Source: the human T2T-CHM13v2.0 reference genome, Homo sapiens. Taken from it: a DNA stretch of 64,000 bases. Location: NCBI RefSeq assembly GCF_009914755.1, contig NC_060935.1. One strand, written 5' to 3'. The translations under genes were made by a program, and so were the position numbers. The stretch's first letter is position 1, and each line of letters starts with the position of its first letter. Below the pieces are notes generated by a model. That model saw only the letters and a list, made by a program, of their open reading frames with translations, was not told the DNA's origin and ran no database searches. Below, piece by piece: positions 15,922 through 30,269 of this stretch.

Positions 15922-16347
15922 TGAGGCAGGAGAATAGGACCTGGTGGCAGGGAACCTAAGGACTTCCTAGAACTAAATCAAACAGAAAAACCCCAACTTT
16001 CTACATCCAAGTAAATAATTGTGTAATTTCCCTTCAGCTATGTCAGGAAACATCCTCTTTATTTGCATAGGGTGTACACCAAGTAAATAACTTTGTAACT
16101 TCACTTCATCCTCTTCATTTACATAAGGCATACACTGCATAACCAATGGGAATCCTCTAGAGGGTATTTAAACCCCAGAAAATTCTGTAACCAGCACTCT
16201 CAAGCTGCTTGCTCAAGCCCATTCCCACCCTGTGGAGTGTACTTTCATTTCAATAAATCTGTAATTTTCTGTCATTGCTTTGTTTGTGCATTTTGTCCAA
16301 TTCTTTCTTCAAAACACCAAGAACCTGGACACCCTCCACCAATAACA
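15922..16347 (+). mobile_element. ERV1 solo LTR, MER61 family
   Basis: TGAGGCAGGAGAATAGG start, CCAAT, gtatttaaa, AATAAA, and ...aagaacctggacaccctccaccaataaCA end match remembered MER61. Confidence 0.8.
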
Positions 16348-16349
16348 GT

Positions 16350-18190
<1,841 letters not shown>

Positions 18191-18198
18191 TTAGATAT

Positions 18199-20542
18199 TG
18201 TTATGGGATCTTTAGGGTGTCACTTTTCTGGCCAGAAACCTGTGGCTGGTGGCACCTCTGCCTGAGTTTTGCTCAGACCTGCTAGCCTCATTCCCACCCA
18301 CTCGGCCTTGTAGGCTACACTCAGCTCACGCTACCAGCCTGGATCCCATGCCTCCAAGAAAGACTGGAGTCAGGCGTGGAGTGGTGAGGGGTGTGTAAGC
18401 GAGCGTACAGTCTGGCCATTGCCCAGTCAGACATGTCAGCTGCTGCCACAGGGTGGGCAGCTCCAGGTGCTGGCATAAGTGCCAGCTCTCTGCGAGGCTG
18501 TGGCTGGACCAGTTGCACCACAAACAGCTTCCCCGGCCGGCACCGGGGAATGTAGTGGCACTCAGAAGCTTGAAGATGCCAGGAACCACAGGGCCCCAAA
18601 GAAGGAGTCACAGCCCTAGCTTGGGGAGCTCCCAGGTCTGGGCTCCCAGAAGGGCCACAGCTCTTATCTCCCTTCCTTCACCTGCAACATGGTGAGCAAG
18701 GGGCATGTTTCAGCTCTGCTTGTGTTAGAGCTCTTTTACCCTCACCATTCAAGGGTCCCAAGTTCTTGTTCTGTGACCAGGAAGAATGAGGTCCTCAGAC
18801 AACAAATGGAGGGTGAGCAAGACAAAGAGGAACTTTACTGAGCAATAGAACAGCTCAAAGACCCACAGTGGACAGCTCTTCTCTGTAGCAAGGGTATCCT
18901 GATGAGTGTTCAGCTCCTAGCAGAGAGGGTAGCTCCTTTATGCAGGCAGGTCACCCCAGCAAGTATTTTCTCAGCAGTGAGAGTGGCTCCTCTCTGCAGC
19001 TGGTCATCCCAACAGGTGTTCAGCTATCAGCAGAGAGGGCAGCTCCTCTCTGCAGCTGGTTGTCCTGCTGTCTGCAGCTCTCAGCAGAGAGGTCCTAGAC
19101 TAGAATGGGTGGCTCCTCTCTGCAGGCAGATTGTCCCATCATCTCTTCAGCTCTCAGCAGAGAGGAGGCCCTACAGTGGGAAGCTCCTCTCTTTAGGCAG
19201 GTTGTCCCATCATCTCTGCATCTATCAGCAGAGAGGGTAACTCCTCTCTGTAACTGGTTGTCCCATCATCTCTCCATCCTCTGCTCTGCTCTGGGCTGAG
19301 CCTGCAACTTTTATGGGCCTCAGAGGGGACAAAGTGCACACCAATTGTCCATAGGTGGGCCCAGAAAAGGTACCACAAGTCCTCGCTCTAGTCCATAGGA
19401 CTGGCAGCTGGGCCCCCAGTCTTCAAGCCCTCCCCGGCCTGAAGGTGGGGCCTCACCAGAGACCTGCCCCCTTCCGCCATCCACGACGCCCAGGCTTCTC
19501 GCTTCAAGGGGTACCTGCAGGCCAGCACCAAACCTCCCTCAAACCCCTCCCACGGTGCTTGTCAGGGCCCAAAGTCCAGAGGGGGCTGAGGAGGCAGGGG
19601 CCCAGTGTGTCAGCGCTGACCTAAGTGTGTACACACCCGGGGGCGCTGTGACAGCACCCTGGCTTGGCCCCAACCCCGCTCCGAGATTGGAGCAGGCGCC
19701 TCCAAGCCTACAAGGGCAGGAGGGATGCCTTCCCTGGCCCCTGAGAGTGCAAAGAGGCCTTGGTCCACAGCCCCAGCTTGGGCAGCTGCAGCTGTGTGGG
19801 GTGGGGGGGCCTCCTGCTCGTGGCCCCTTAGAACACAGGGAGAACTGGGTCCACAGCTCTGACTTGGGTGGCTGCAGCACACCCAGGAGGGCGGGGCTGC
19901 TGCCTGCTCCAGCCAGGTCCGTGGAGTGTGCAGCCCTAGCCATGCCCCCTCGTAGCCTGGAGCAGGGGCTCCAGGTCCTCGCTGGGCCCAGGCCAGTATC
20001 TAGGGCAGAGGTAACATCTCTACGAGCTCCCCCTCACCCAGCTTGTGGCCCTGCCTAGGGGGGTGCCTCCAGGAGCAGACTGTGGGCCCTGGGCCCAGCC
20101 CTTGGGAGTGTCAGGCCTGGCAATCACCCTGATGCAGGGTGGACCCCAGGGATGCGGCCCTAGGCGGCCCTGCTCAGAGCCTACCCCTGAGGCACAGGAA
20201 CCCGGTGCCCTCGGCAGGGTGGGTGTGGTGACCACGCTGCTGGCTGGGTCCCTGAAGCAGGCACTGCTCCCACTTCCGGCCCCAGACCCCCATATCACAC
20301 CTCCAGCTCCGCCTCCTCCTCACACCCTCCCCGCAGCATTGGTGGGCAAGAGTGGTGACACAGGGCCAGGGTCAGGAGCTGGGGAGGCTCCGGGCCTGAG
20401 GGCAGGTCCTGCCCAGAGGCACAAGGGCGGGGGCAGTACAGTCGGCTGCCTCAGGGATGCAGGGCACAGGGGACCCACCAGCATCATTGCTGCTCCCATA
20501 GCCGCTCCTGACACCACCGCCCGCACCTCTTCGCTGCCATCA
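18199..20542 (-). mobile_element. ERV1 solo LTR, MER52 family (long, MER52D-like)
   Basis: On the minus strand begins TGATGGCAGCG and ends ...gatcccataaCA. GC-rich. Internal cagcagagagg/gctcctctctgcag repeats at 18860-19290. Imperfect 4-bp TSD atat/acat. Confidence 0.8.
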
Positions 20543-21636
20543 ACATGACAAAAGAAGAATTATCCCAAGTTAAAAAGTTATACATTTCACTGTTGACATT
20601 CTACAATTTATACAAGCTTCTGGATTGTATTACTTAAAAAATTAATCTTCCTTCTCCTTCCCTTTTCCTGCTGTGAGAAGAGCAGTTGTCATGGTACCCC
20701 TGGGGTGGAGGTGGATCCCTGGGGTGGAGCTTGTCATATTGTCATAGACCAAGAGAGCTAGGGAAGGAGTCTGTGTGGTAGGGGAAGAGGCAAACATTTT
20801 GCTTCAGAGCCCAAGCATTAAGGCAGGAGGGGGAAACTGGCAAAGGGCACTGGGGTACAACAGAGTGAGAAGGATATCTTCCAATGGAAGCAACTCACTG
20901 GGGTGTGTCAGAGTCTGAGTGGGGTACGAAGTGTGTCCACCGACAGTGGGGAGACCAACATGAGGAGTCATAACCAGAGTGCTGGGGAGGGTGTCCCTGT
21001 ATGGAAGCATGCTGGTATGGACTCTTAGATCCAGACTGGGGTAGGGGGATGGAGGAGATGGAATGAAGAATCCAAGTCCCAGCAGGGAGAGGAGTAGATG
21101 GTAGTGAAGATGGGAGACTGAACAATAAGTAAATACATTCAGGATAACAGAAGCCAGATTTCTCACTGTCAGAGAAGAACGTTACAATATGAAAAAGGAG
21201 AACACTAGAATAGATCCTGGACTATTTGACTGAAATTGGAGGTATCAGTATGAATTCATAGTTTTCAATATACAGAGATAATAAATAAATATAGATATAA
21301 ATGCATATGTATGTTTATGCATACATACCTATACTTACCAGCCCTGACCATTAACAGGACCTGGAAGGAGTAACAGCCCAACAGCAATAAACACACTAGC
21401 CTTGAGATCTTAGCTTCTAAATGTCATTCTCCACTAAAAGGAACCAGGGATCCCTAAATGGCTGATTACAGAACCAAGGCATGGAAAGTACAAGATGAGC
21501 CAGGAACAGGTTCTTGTGCCAAAAAGTACAAAGTTGTTCTCAAAGAGTGATGGGGATGTACCATAAGAACACAGAAGCCAGCTTGTACAACTCTCATTGG
21601 CCATATAAAGAACAATTTGAACATCAAAATAAATAA

Positions 21637-21997
21637 TGCTATAGTCTGAATGTGTATGTCCCCTCCCAAAATTCGTATGTTAAAATCCTAACACCCAAAG
21701 TGATGGTATTATGAGGTGAGGCCTTTAGGAAGTGATCAGGTCATGGTGGTGGAGTCCTTGTGAATGGGATTAGTTCCCTTTTTAAAGAGACCCCAGAGAG
21801 CTCATTTGACCCTTAAGCCATATGAGGTTAAAGTGAGAACATGGCTATGAGGAAGCATGTCCTCACCAGACACTGAATCTGTCAGAGTCTTCATCTTGGA
21901 TTTCTCTGCCTCCAGACTGTGAAAAATAAATTTCTATTGTTTATAAGCCACCCAGTTTGAGGTATTTTTGTTATAACAGCCCGAATGGACTAAGGCA
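21637..21997 (+). mobile_element. MaLR LTR (MLT1A-type) within an L1M fragment
   Basis: tgctatagtctgaatgtgtatgtcccctcccaaaattc...ttataacagcccgaatggactaaggca. Confidence 0.8.
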
Positions 21998-22155
21998 AAT
22001 AGTAACAGAATATAATCCGCGAGCTCCCCTTTCTGGTCTCACTTCGGCTGGATGTGCTTAGACTCTCCTATTTCCCACTCAAGCCAGTGCTTCGGGCAGG
22101 TGGGCTAGTGACTTTTTCCGAATAGACTAAGGCAAATAGTAACAGAATATAATCC
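21981..22155. repeat. 38-bp direct repeat flanking a 99-bp unique insert
   Basis: ccgaat(g/a)gactaaggcaaatagtaacagaatataatcc at 21981-22018 and 22118-22155. Confidence 0.9.
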
Positions 22156-22158
22156 ACT

Positions 22159-22160
<2 letters not shown>

Positions 22161-22199
<39 letters not shown>
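22161..22199. repeat. (AC)n microsatellite
   Basis: About 19 perfect units. Confidence 0.95.
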
Positions 22200-22202
<3 letters not shown>

Positions 22203-22900
22203 TCCATGTAGATGTCAATAAATGATTAAGAGTTTAGTGAGGAACAAGATATTTACATAGTTTCAAAGTACATGGCAAAAACAATTAAGTATTAACTTTA
22301 CAGTGGAGAAGCCTCGCAGATATTACTTATATCAAGTAATCAAAGTAAAAATAACCAACAATGAAACAAAGTGAAATTGTGCACCACCTGACAGGATGCA
22401 GTGAGCATCACTTCTGTGATATCCTTCCCACGTGCATATTCGTATGTATCTAATCATGAAGGAACAGACAATCCCAAATTGAGGGGGCAGCCTACAAAGT
22501 GACTGACCTGTAATTGTTAAATATGTTAAGGTCATGAAAGTCAGGAGAAGATAAAGGAAATGTTCCAGATTGAGGGAGACAAAAGAGACATAACATGAAT
22601 GCAACACATATTGCTAAACTGGATCCTTTTGCCAGTAAAGAGATTAACAGCACAATCAACAAAACTTGAACCAGTCTGAGAACTAGATGGAGTACTGTAT
22701 CACTATCCATTTCCTGTTTTGGTTATTACACTGTGATCATGTAGGAGAACATTCTTGTTTGCAGAAAATGCACATTAAAGTATTCTGGGATGACAGGGCA
22801 TCAGGTCAACAGCTTCCTCTCAAATTGTTGGGGGGCGGGTAGAATTTTTTGTACCATTCTTGCAACTTTTTTGCAAGTCTGTTATTGTTTCAACATTGTT

Positions 22901-23199
22901 GGCCGGGCGTGGTGGCTCAAGCCTGTAATCCCAGCACTTTGGGAGGCCGAGGCCGGTGGATCACGAGATCAGGAGTTCAAGACCAGCCTGGCCAGGATGG
23001 TGAAATCCCGTCTCTACTACAAATACAAAAATTAGCGGGCGTGTTGGCGGGCGCCTGTAAATCCCAGCTACTCCGGAGGCTGAGGCAGAGAATTGCTTCA
23101 ACCCGGGAGACAGAGGTTGCAGTGAGCCAAGATCGCACCACTGCACTCCAGCGTGGGCAACAGAGCAAAACTCCGTCTCAAAAAAAAAAAAAAAAAAAA
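22901..23199 (+). mobile_element. AluS
   Basis: Full-length Alu with A tail. Confidence 0.9.
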
Positions 23200-24519
23200 T
23201 TGTTTAAAAGTGGGGAGGGGGGGAGGCGGAACAATGTCACTAAAAACTAAAGGTTAAAAAACTGATTTCCCACACTTAATCTTGATAGAAAAGAAACATC
23301 AGACTATGCCAAATTACTAGGAAATAAAATTTTGGATCCAGAAGTTTAAACATTTAAACTTTCTCTTTAACAATTGACCTCAATCAGGTCATGACTGGTG
23401 AAAGAGAAAAGAACATGAAAGGTTCCCACTAAAGGAGAGGAAGTTCTTAGGAGAGGAATAATGAAAGAGAGAGTGGACCAAGAGTGGGTAGAACAATGGT
23501 ATTCTGAGCTACCAATGGCTGTAACCATCAGGAAAACACAATCTCAGCATCTCTGAAAAATGAAGGGGCTGTAGAGCTGATATCTCAAATTCCTTGCAAA
23601 TGTGGGACTAGAATTGCCCTAAAATAGAAGTGGTTTCCCAGCTCAATTTGTTATTACATTATGCTTAGCTACATAGTAATACAAGAGAATACAAATACAG
23701 AAATAAACGTGCGTGCATGAACCCTGAATTCTCTTAAGTTGTGGAAGTCCGTCAATTAAAGTGTAAAATACAATGCATTTGCCCAATTGTTCCTTACGAC
23801 GAAAATTCTGTGACAAATAAAAAGAACAATGAAAACACATTAAAGTGAAACAAGATCACCTTCAGCGGTCAGCTGGCTGTCCTTAGTTAAAAGACAAGTC
23901 ATGTCACTGTGAAGTGACCGTCACATTTGTCCTGAAAGAATAGGGAGCATTTCCTAGAAAGGGGTAAAAGTGCAAAGAATCCTGTCCCCTTCCCTGGTAC
24001 CACGCGTTCCTTGGGGAGGTCACTAGGCCCCCAACAGCACAGGGGTGAGTTAGCACTGGACTCTCAGCACTTCCTTTCGGAGAGGACAACCCCCTGCGTC
24101 ACTGGTTACTCACTCAGGATGCAGGGCAGAAGTTTATCCCCGAGGAACTTAGCACAGTTGGCTCCCGCCCTCCCAGCCTTGCGGTCCTGGGCCCAATCTC
24201 AGGGCTCTCTCTGCCCCGGGTACCCTGCAGCCTCCAGCGGGAGGGTCGCGAGACCCCAACTCGCCTCCGGCCCGCCCAGCGGGTGCGCCCAGGGGCTGGG
24301 CAGACGCGGCGTCTTCCCTCCCCCTACCGTCGTGCCGGCCCCCCCACGCCCACCGCCAGGCTCAGCCCAGCCGAGAAGGCCGGACGCCGACCGCCCGCTC
24401 CTCCGAGACTCGGCCTGGCCCTCCCCGACGCCCGTCCCCGACGCCCGGCCCCGCGGAGCCCACTGGACAGCGGCCGGGGGGCGGGGAGGCCCGGGGGCGG
24501 TGCCGCCCCACACCCTTAC

Positions 24520-24574
24520 CTGGCTTCTCGTGGTCATAGCCTACCACGATGAAGTAGTCAGCCAGCCGGGCCAT
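24520..24574 (-). CDS. SBF2: SBF2 (MTMR13) coding part of exon 1; intron 1 runs off the left end of the window
   Basis: MARLADYFIVVGYDHEKP+G is the SBF2 N-terminus. Start context gcggccATGg. Donor CAG|GTAAGG at 24519; phase 1. Confidence 0.95.
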
Positions 24575-24657
24575 GGCCGCCGCCGCCGCGCTCGGGAAGC
24601 GGGTCCCCGTCGCCGCCCTCGCCGCCGCCGCCCACCCGGCCCGGGAGGGCTCAGCAT
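24541..24657 (-). other. Overlapping upstream ORF 2 in SBF2 leader (38 aa, Arg-rich, out of frame)
   Basis: aaaATGc at 24657, 83 nt before the main ATG, ending at a TAG inside the CDS. Confidence 0.5.
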
Positions 24658-24701
24658 TTTCCCTGCAGCGGCAGTAGCGGCAGCGGCAGCGCTTCAGCCA
24701 T
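24651..24701 (-). other. Upstream ORF 1 in SBF2 leader (MAEALPLPLLPLQGKC*)
   Basis: aaacATGg strong context, TGA at 24653-24651. Depends on the TSS lying upstream of 24701. Confidence 0.5.
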
Positions 24702-26379
24702 GTTTGACAACCGAGGCGCGCTCTGCGCTTGCGCGGCGCCTAGTGCCCGCTCCTCCCCCGCCCCCACCCGCGCTGGCTCGGCTGCCCCAAGCCCGGGCGG
24801 CGAGCCCACCTCCACCCTCCGCGGGCCTCGCGGACTGCTGCGCTGGGGGAGTGGGCGGTCGGGCGTGTTCCCGCCACGCGCCGCCACCGCGGCCCCTGGA
24901 GGTGGTTCACTTTGAGGCCTGGATGCTGCTTCACGGCCCCCTCTGCCTCCCTATTTTTCCTAAAGCAGGGGGTCCTTCCTTCCGCCTTCTCTATTCTGTT
25001 TGGATTTGGAAGAAGGGATGTGGAGAGTTGAGGGGTCACTTGGAAAGCTGGCTGCTTCCTCTGCTCCCCACCACCACCAAAGATGAAATTCTCCCGCCCT
25101 CGGTTGGAAGCAAGGAATTTGCATCGACAGGGCTTTTGCTGCACGTTTCCTGTTTATGTTGTGTAGATGGGAATTTTAGAAACATGCCACCGAGCAGACG
25201 GGGGAGGGAGAGGCTTTTACGCAATCCTCCAAGGAGCCTCGGGTTTCAATGCCGGGTGGGCCGGGGGCGGTCGGCCTGGGCTTCCCCCGGAGCGCCCGGG
25301 AGAGCCAGATTCCACCGAGGAACGCGGCATCCCCGGGATCCTCCCGAACTGGGCTGGCCTCTCCCTGGGGAGCCCCGCACGCCTCGGCTTGCTTCCCTCG
25401 CAGCGGTCCCAGGGCTCTCGCAGCCCGAGCAGGTGGACTTCCAACTTCCCTGCTCAAACATGCACAAAAATGAATAGATGGTCCCGTCCTTCCGTCTCGG
25501 GATTATCAAAGTCGCTTGCTTTTTTGTTGAACCTCCTATTGACCATTTCGAATTTGGCTGGTGTGACATTCAGGTGAACTCACTTTGTCATTTGTTAATA
25601 TCTCACGAAGTTTTAGTAGAATTTGTACAAGTGGTAGACCAAAGTTTTGGAAATCTCCGTGGTTTAGAAGTTGTCTTTGTGGTTGCTTATCACTGCTCAC
25701 TATTAATTGAGGGTTTGATCCTTCATATTTACACATAAGACAAGGCCTCTTAGCAAAGCGTCTAGTATATAGTAGGTGCCTACAAAATATTTTAAATGAG
25801 TAAATGTGCGATTTTCCCCAACGACCAGCAGGAAGCCGCAATGGCTCCAACTCTGAACTGAGAGAGTTGACATCTCAGCTCCTGAAGATTTACTCTGCTG
25901 TAATTTACTATTTCCCCTTTCTCTGCCACACTTGTTTCATCTACAAATTGGGAGGGTTGGGCTGCACTAGAACTGAAACTGAAGGAATACTTTAACTCCA
26001 GGACCTCTATGTCAGTTGCTAATGGTAAAACTGAATCAGCTGAATTTGCAAACGTGGAGGGAAGATAGTTTGATCCTGAAAATAATTAAACCAAAAAAAA
26101 AAAAACCTCAGTCATACCCCGTGCAGCAATCCTCTCTGTAACTTCCCTGAGAGCTCATCATCCAACTTGATCACTTTCAGTAAAAAGTAATCTTACTTCC
26201 TTGGGAGGCAGCGCATTCCACTGTTTAACAGCCCTATTGTTAGAAAGTTCTTCCTTATTATTTCAGAGTTGTCTTACTGTAACTTCCCCTGATTCTGCTC
26301 TCCGGAACTATCCAGAAAAAAAAAATCTATCTTCATATGATAGATTTTTAAGGCAGCTATCATATTCCTTCCCAACTTT

Positions 26380-28050
26380 TCTAAAAATAGGGCAAAATTC
26401 ACATATTGTAAAATTAGCCACTTGAAAATGTAGAATTCAGTGGCAATTAAGTACATTCCCAATGCTGTACAACTACCATGTCTATCTAGTTACAAAACAT
26501 TTTCATCACCCAAAAGAAAACCTCACAACCATTAAGCAGTCATTCTCATTCTCCCCTCCCACAGCCCCTGGCAATCACCATTTTGCTTTCTGTCTCTATG
26601 GATTTACCTATTATGAATATTTCATATTCATATCATACAATATGTGGGTTTTTTGTGTCTTGGTTTTTCTCACTTAGTATATTGTTCTCAGCTTGTTTAC
26701 GGGCAGATACAGTACAAGGTTGTAGCATCACATTGAAGTATCAATACTTCATTATTTTTTATGACTCAATAATATTCCATTGTATATTGTGTTAGACTGT
26801 TCTCACGGTGCTAATAAAGACATACCCGAGACTAGGTAATTTATAAAGAGAAGAGGTTTAATTGACTCACAGTTCCACATGGCGGAAGGCAAGGAGAGCA
26901 AAGCGGCAGACAAGAGAGCTTATGCAGAACTCTCCTTTATACCATCAAATCTCATAAAACTTATTCACTATCACCACAACAGCAGGAGAAAGACCCGCCC
27001 CCATGATTCAATTACCTTCCACCGGATCCCTCCCATGACAGGTGGGAATTATGGGGTACAATTCAAGATGAAATTTGGGTGAGGACACAGCCAAACCATA
27101 TCATATGTATATACCATATTTTGTTTATCTGGAACAACCCATATGGACATATGGGTTGTTTCCACCTTTTGGCATTGTGAATAGTGCTGCTTCAAACATG
27201 CATGTACATGTATTTGAGTACCTGTTTTCAATTTTGGGGATATATTCTTGGGATTGGAATTACTGGATTAAGTAGTTCTGTTACTACTGTTTTCCACAGT
27301 GGCTGCATCATTTTACATTTTCACCAGCAATGCACTAGGGTTCTGATTTCTCTGCATCTTTGTCAACTCTTGTTTTCCTGTTGTTTATGTTTTGTTATAG
27401 CTATCTTAGTGTGAAGTGATATCTCATTGTGGTCCTGTTTTGCCTTTCCCTAAAGACTAATGATGTTGAGGATCTTTTCATGTGTTTATTGGCCATTGCT
27501 AAATCTTCTTTGGAGAAATGTCTATTCAAGTCCTTTGCCCATTTTTTAATTGATTCTTTGTCTTTTTGAGGTTGAGTTGTAAGAGTTCTTTATATATTCT
27601 GGATACTAGTCCTTGTCAGATATATGATTTGCAGATATTTTCCCATTCTGTACGTTGTCTTTTCATTTTCTTTTTAAAATTGTTATGCCCTATTCCCCCC
27701 CCCAAATATTTCCTATTTTTATTTTATTTTTCATTTTATTTTTATGTAGAGATGTTGTATCATGATGTTGCCCAGGCTGGTCTTAACCTCCTGTCCTCAG
27801 GCAATCCTCCCACCTAGCCCTCCCAAGGTACTAGGATTAGAGGCATGAGCTTCCACACCCAGACTTCATTTTCTTGATAATGTCCTTTGGCTCAAAAAAG
27901 TTTTTAATTTTGATAAAGTCCACTTTTTTAGTTTGTTTCTATGCTTTTAGTGTTATATCTAAAAAATTATTGCCATATTAAAGGTGAGATGAAGATTTAC
28001 TGGTTTCCTTCATAGTTTTAGCTCTTTAGTACTTTGACCCATTTTGAGTT
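26380..28050 (-). mobile_element. L1M (L1MB-like) fragment interrupted by a THE1 LTR and an Alu monomer (27715-27862)
   Basis: Typical reverse L1 3' text (ttcttttggagaaatgtctattcaagtcctttgcccatttttt). Confidence 0.75.
26788..27103 (-). mobile_element. THE1 MaLR LTR (internally deleted)
   Basis: ctaataaagacatacccgagactaggtaatttataaag...gaggacacagccaaaccatatca. Confidence 0.85.
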
Positions 28051-28474
28051 AATTTTGTAGTGGTAAGGGGTCTTGTTTTACCTTTTAAATGTCTTGGCTT
28101 TTATTTCATTTGCAAGTACTCATTTAAATTATTTTAATTTTTTAAAATCAAAGTTTATTGTTTTTAAGCCTAGAATCAAATGCTATTCTGCTTTTAGGCA
28201 TATTTCATCTGTTACTGTCATAAGTAGACTTCCAGTCCATTTGCAAATGCCCATTTTGTCACACAGAGATTTTAACATATCCTAGGTACATGTAGAAAGG
28301 CACTGTGTGTTTGTATATACATGTGAACATATTTTGTATACACTAAAGCTGTGCTTTGCTTCTCAGCCAACAGCTGCCAGCCTGTTGAAACTGATAAGCC
28401 CTGACAAGGCAGCCTGATTACTGAGGTTGGCTGAAAGCCAGACCATCCCCTACAATAACCACCATCACCTTTCA

Positions 28475-28937
<463 letters not shown>

Positions 28938-29561
28938 CTAATTATCAGTGAGCAAGGCTTATCAGCCCATTGCCCCTAGTGGGCTATTGCGGAGTAAGTG
29001 GTTTGATCTGTACAGTCATTTCAAGTGCTTGCTGTGGTTAGCCACAGTAGTTCAAGGAGGCAGTATGAGAGTCAGACTTGAGCAAACATCACCAGGCAGG
29101 GCTGAGGCCTCTTCAGATCGTCTCTACCAAAGCATAACAAAGGAGACTATGCAGCTGTGGTGGAAAATTCCCTGATCCATTGCTATATTTTCAACCATTT
29201 AGTTCCCTAAGCAAGAAATTTAATGAATCTTACCCTTGACAGCTGCCTCTCAGCCCCACATTCATCACTCAGTCCTATTGTTCCTACTTCCCAAATATGT
29301 CCGCTTCTCTCCACCCTCACTGCCACCCCACTAGTTTGAGCCGTTATCACCTTCTACCTTTATTATTGCAATAGGTTCTTAACTGTTTTCCCAGCTTCAC
29401 CGATGGTTTCAAACTTTCTATATAGGTAAAAGTTAAGGACAGTAAGCAGGTTATTGAACCTGTCTCAAAATTAAATTTGTATAGCAAACACACCATTTCT
29501 ACCTTGAGTGTGTGTTTGGGGTGCAAAGAAAAGGCTTCATAGATGACGTAGAAAGTGTCCT

Positions 29562-29863
29562 GGCCAGGTGTGGTGGCTCACGCCTGTAATCGCAGCACTT
29601 TGGGAGGCCAAGTTGGGCGGATCATGAGGTCAGCAGATCGAGATCATCCTGGCTAACACGGTGAAACCCTGTCTCTACTAAAAATACAAAAAATTAGCCA
29701 GGAGTGGTGGCGGGCACCTGTAGTCCCAGCTACTCAGGAGGCTGAGGCAAAAGAATGGCGTGAACCCAGGAGGCAGAGCTTGCAGTGGGTCGAGATGGCA
29801 CCACTGCACTCCAGCCTGGGCAACAGAGCAAGAGTCCATCTCAAAAAAAAAAAAAAAAAAAAA
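29562..29863 (+). mobile_element. AluY
   Basis: AluY diagnostics; TSD ag(a/g)aagtgtcct. Confidence 0.9.
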
Positions 29864-30016
29864 GGAAGTGTCCTGCAGTTGCGGTCCATGTGTGATGAGA
29901 TGAATGGTTGAATCTTAACATTCATTTGAAGTACCCCTGACATTAGCAGCTACAGTATATATAGGTACTGTAAGAGTTTACAAGCTACTTTTACTTAGAT
30001 CACATGTTTGATGAGC

Positions 30017-30187
30017 AGGACTGGCTACATAATATGTGGAGTCCAGTGCAAAATGAAAATGTAGGACTGCCTGTTCAGAAATGTTGGAGAATTTCAAAAC
30101 AGCTTCAGCAGAGCATTCCACCAAGTGTGGGCTCTTCTGAGAGCAGGCCGTGTGCTACTGAACAGAGTGTATGTCAGTGAAGCTGGT
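30017..30187 (-). mobile_element. MER45A-type hAT DNA transposon
   Basis: caggactggctacataatatgtggagtccagtgcaaaatgaaaatg matches the reverse of remembered MER45A. Confidence 0.65.
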
Positions 30188-30269
30188 GAACTTTAGGATG
30201 GAATGAGTATGTGTATGTGGGGAGGGGGTATAATAAATGTTATGGGGGGACTAGACTCTCTGCAGTCTC

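Larger units (their letters stand above)
24180..25430. promoter_or_regulatory. SBF2: CpG island / SBF2 promoter
   Basis: Very high GC and CpG density with GC boxes; surrounds SBF2 exon 1. Confidence 0.9.

Noticed and set aside
18321-20548. Cluster of 60-167-aa ORFs
   Set aside because: All lie inside the GC-rich MER52 LTR.
18860-22155. CRISPR-like repeat-spacer structure
   Set aside because: Eukaryotic DNA. The repeats are degenerate LTR-internal units or a single two-copy duplication, with no cas genes.
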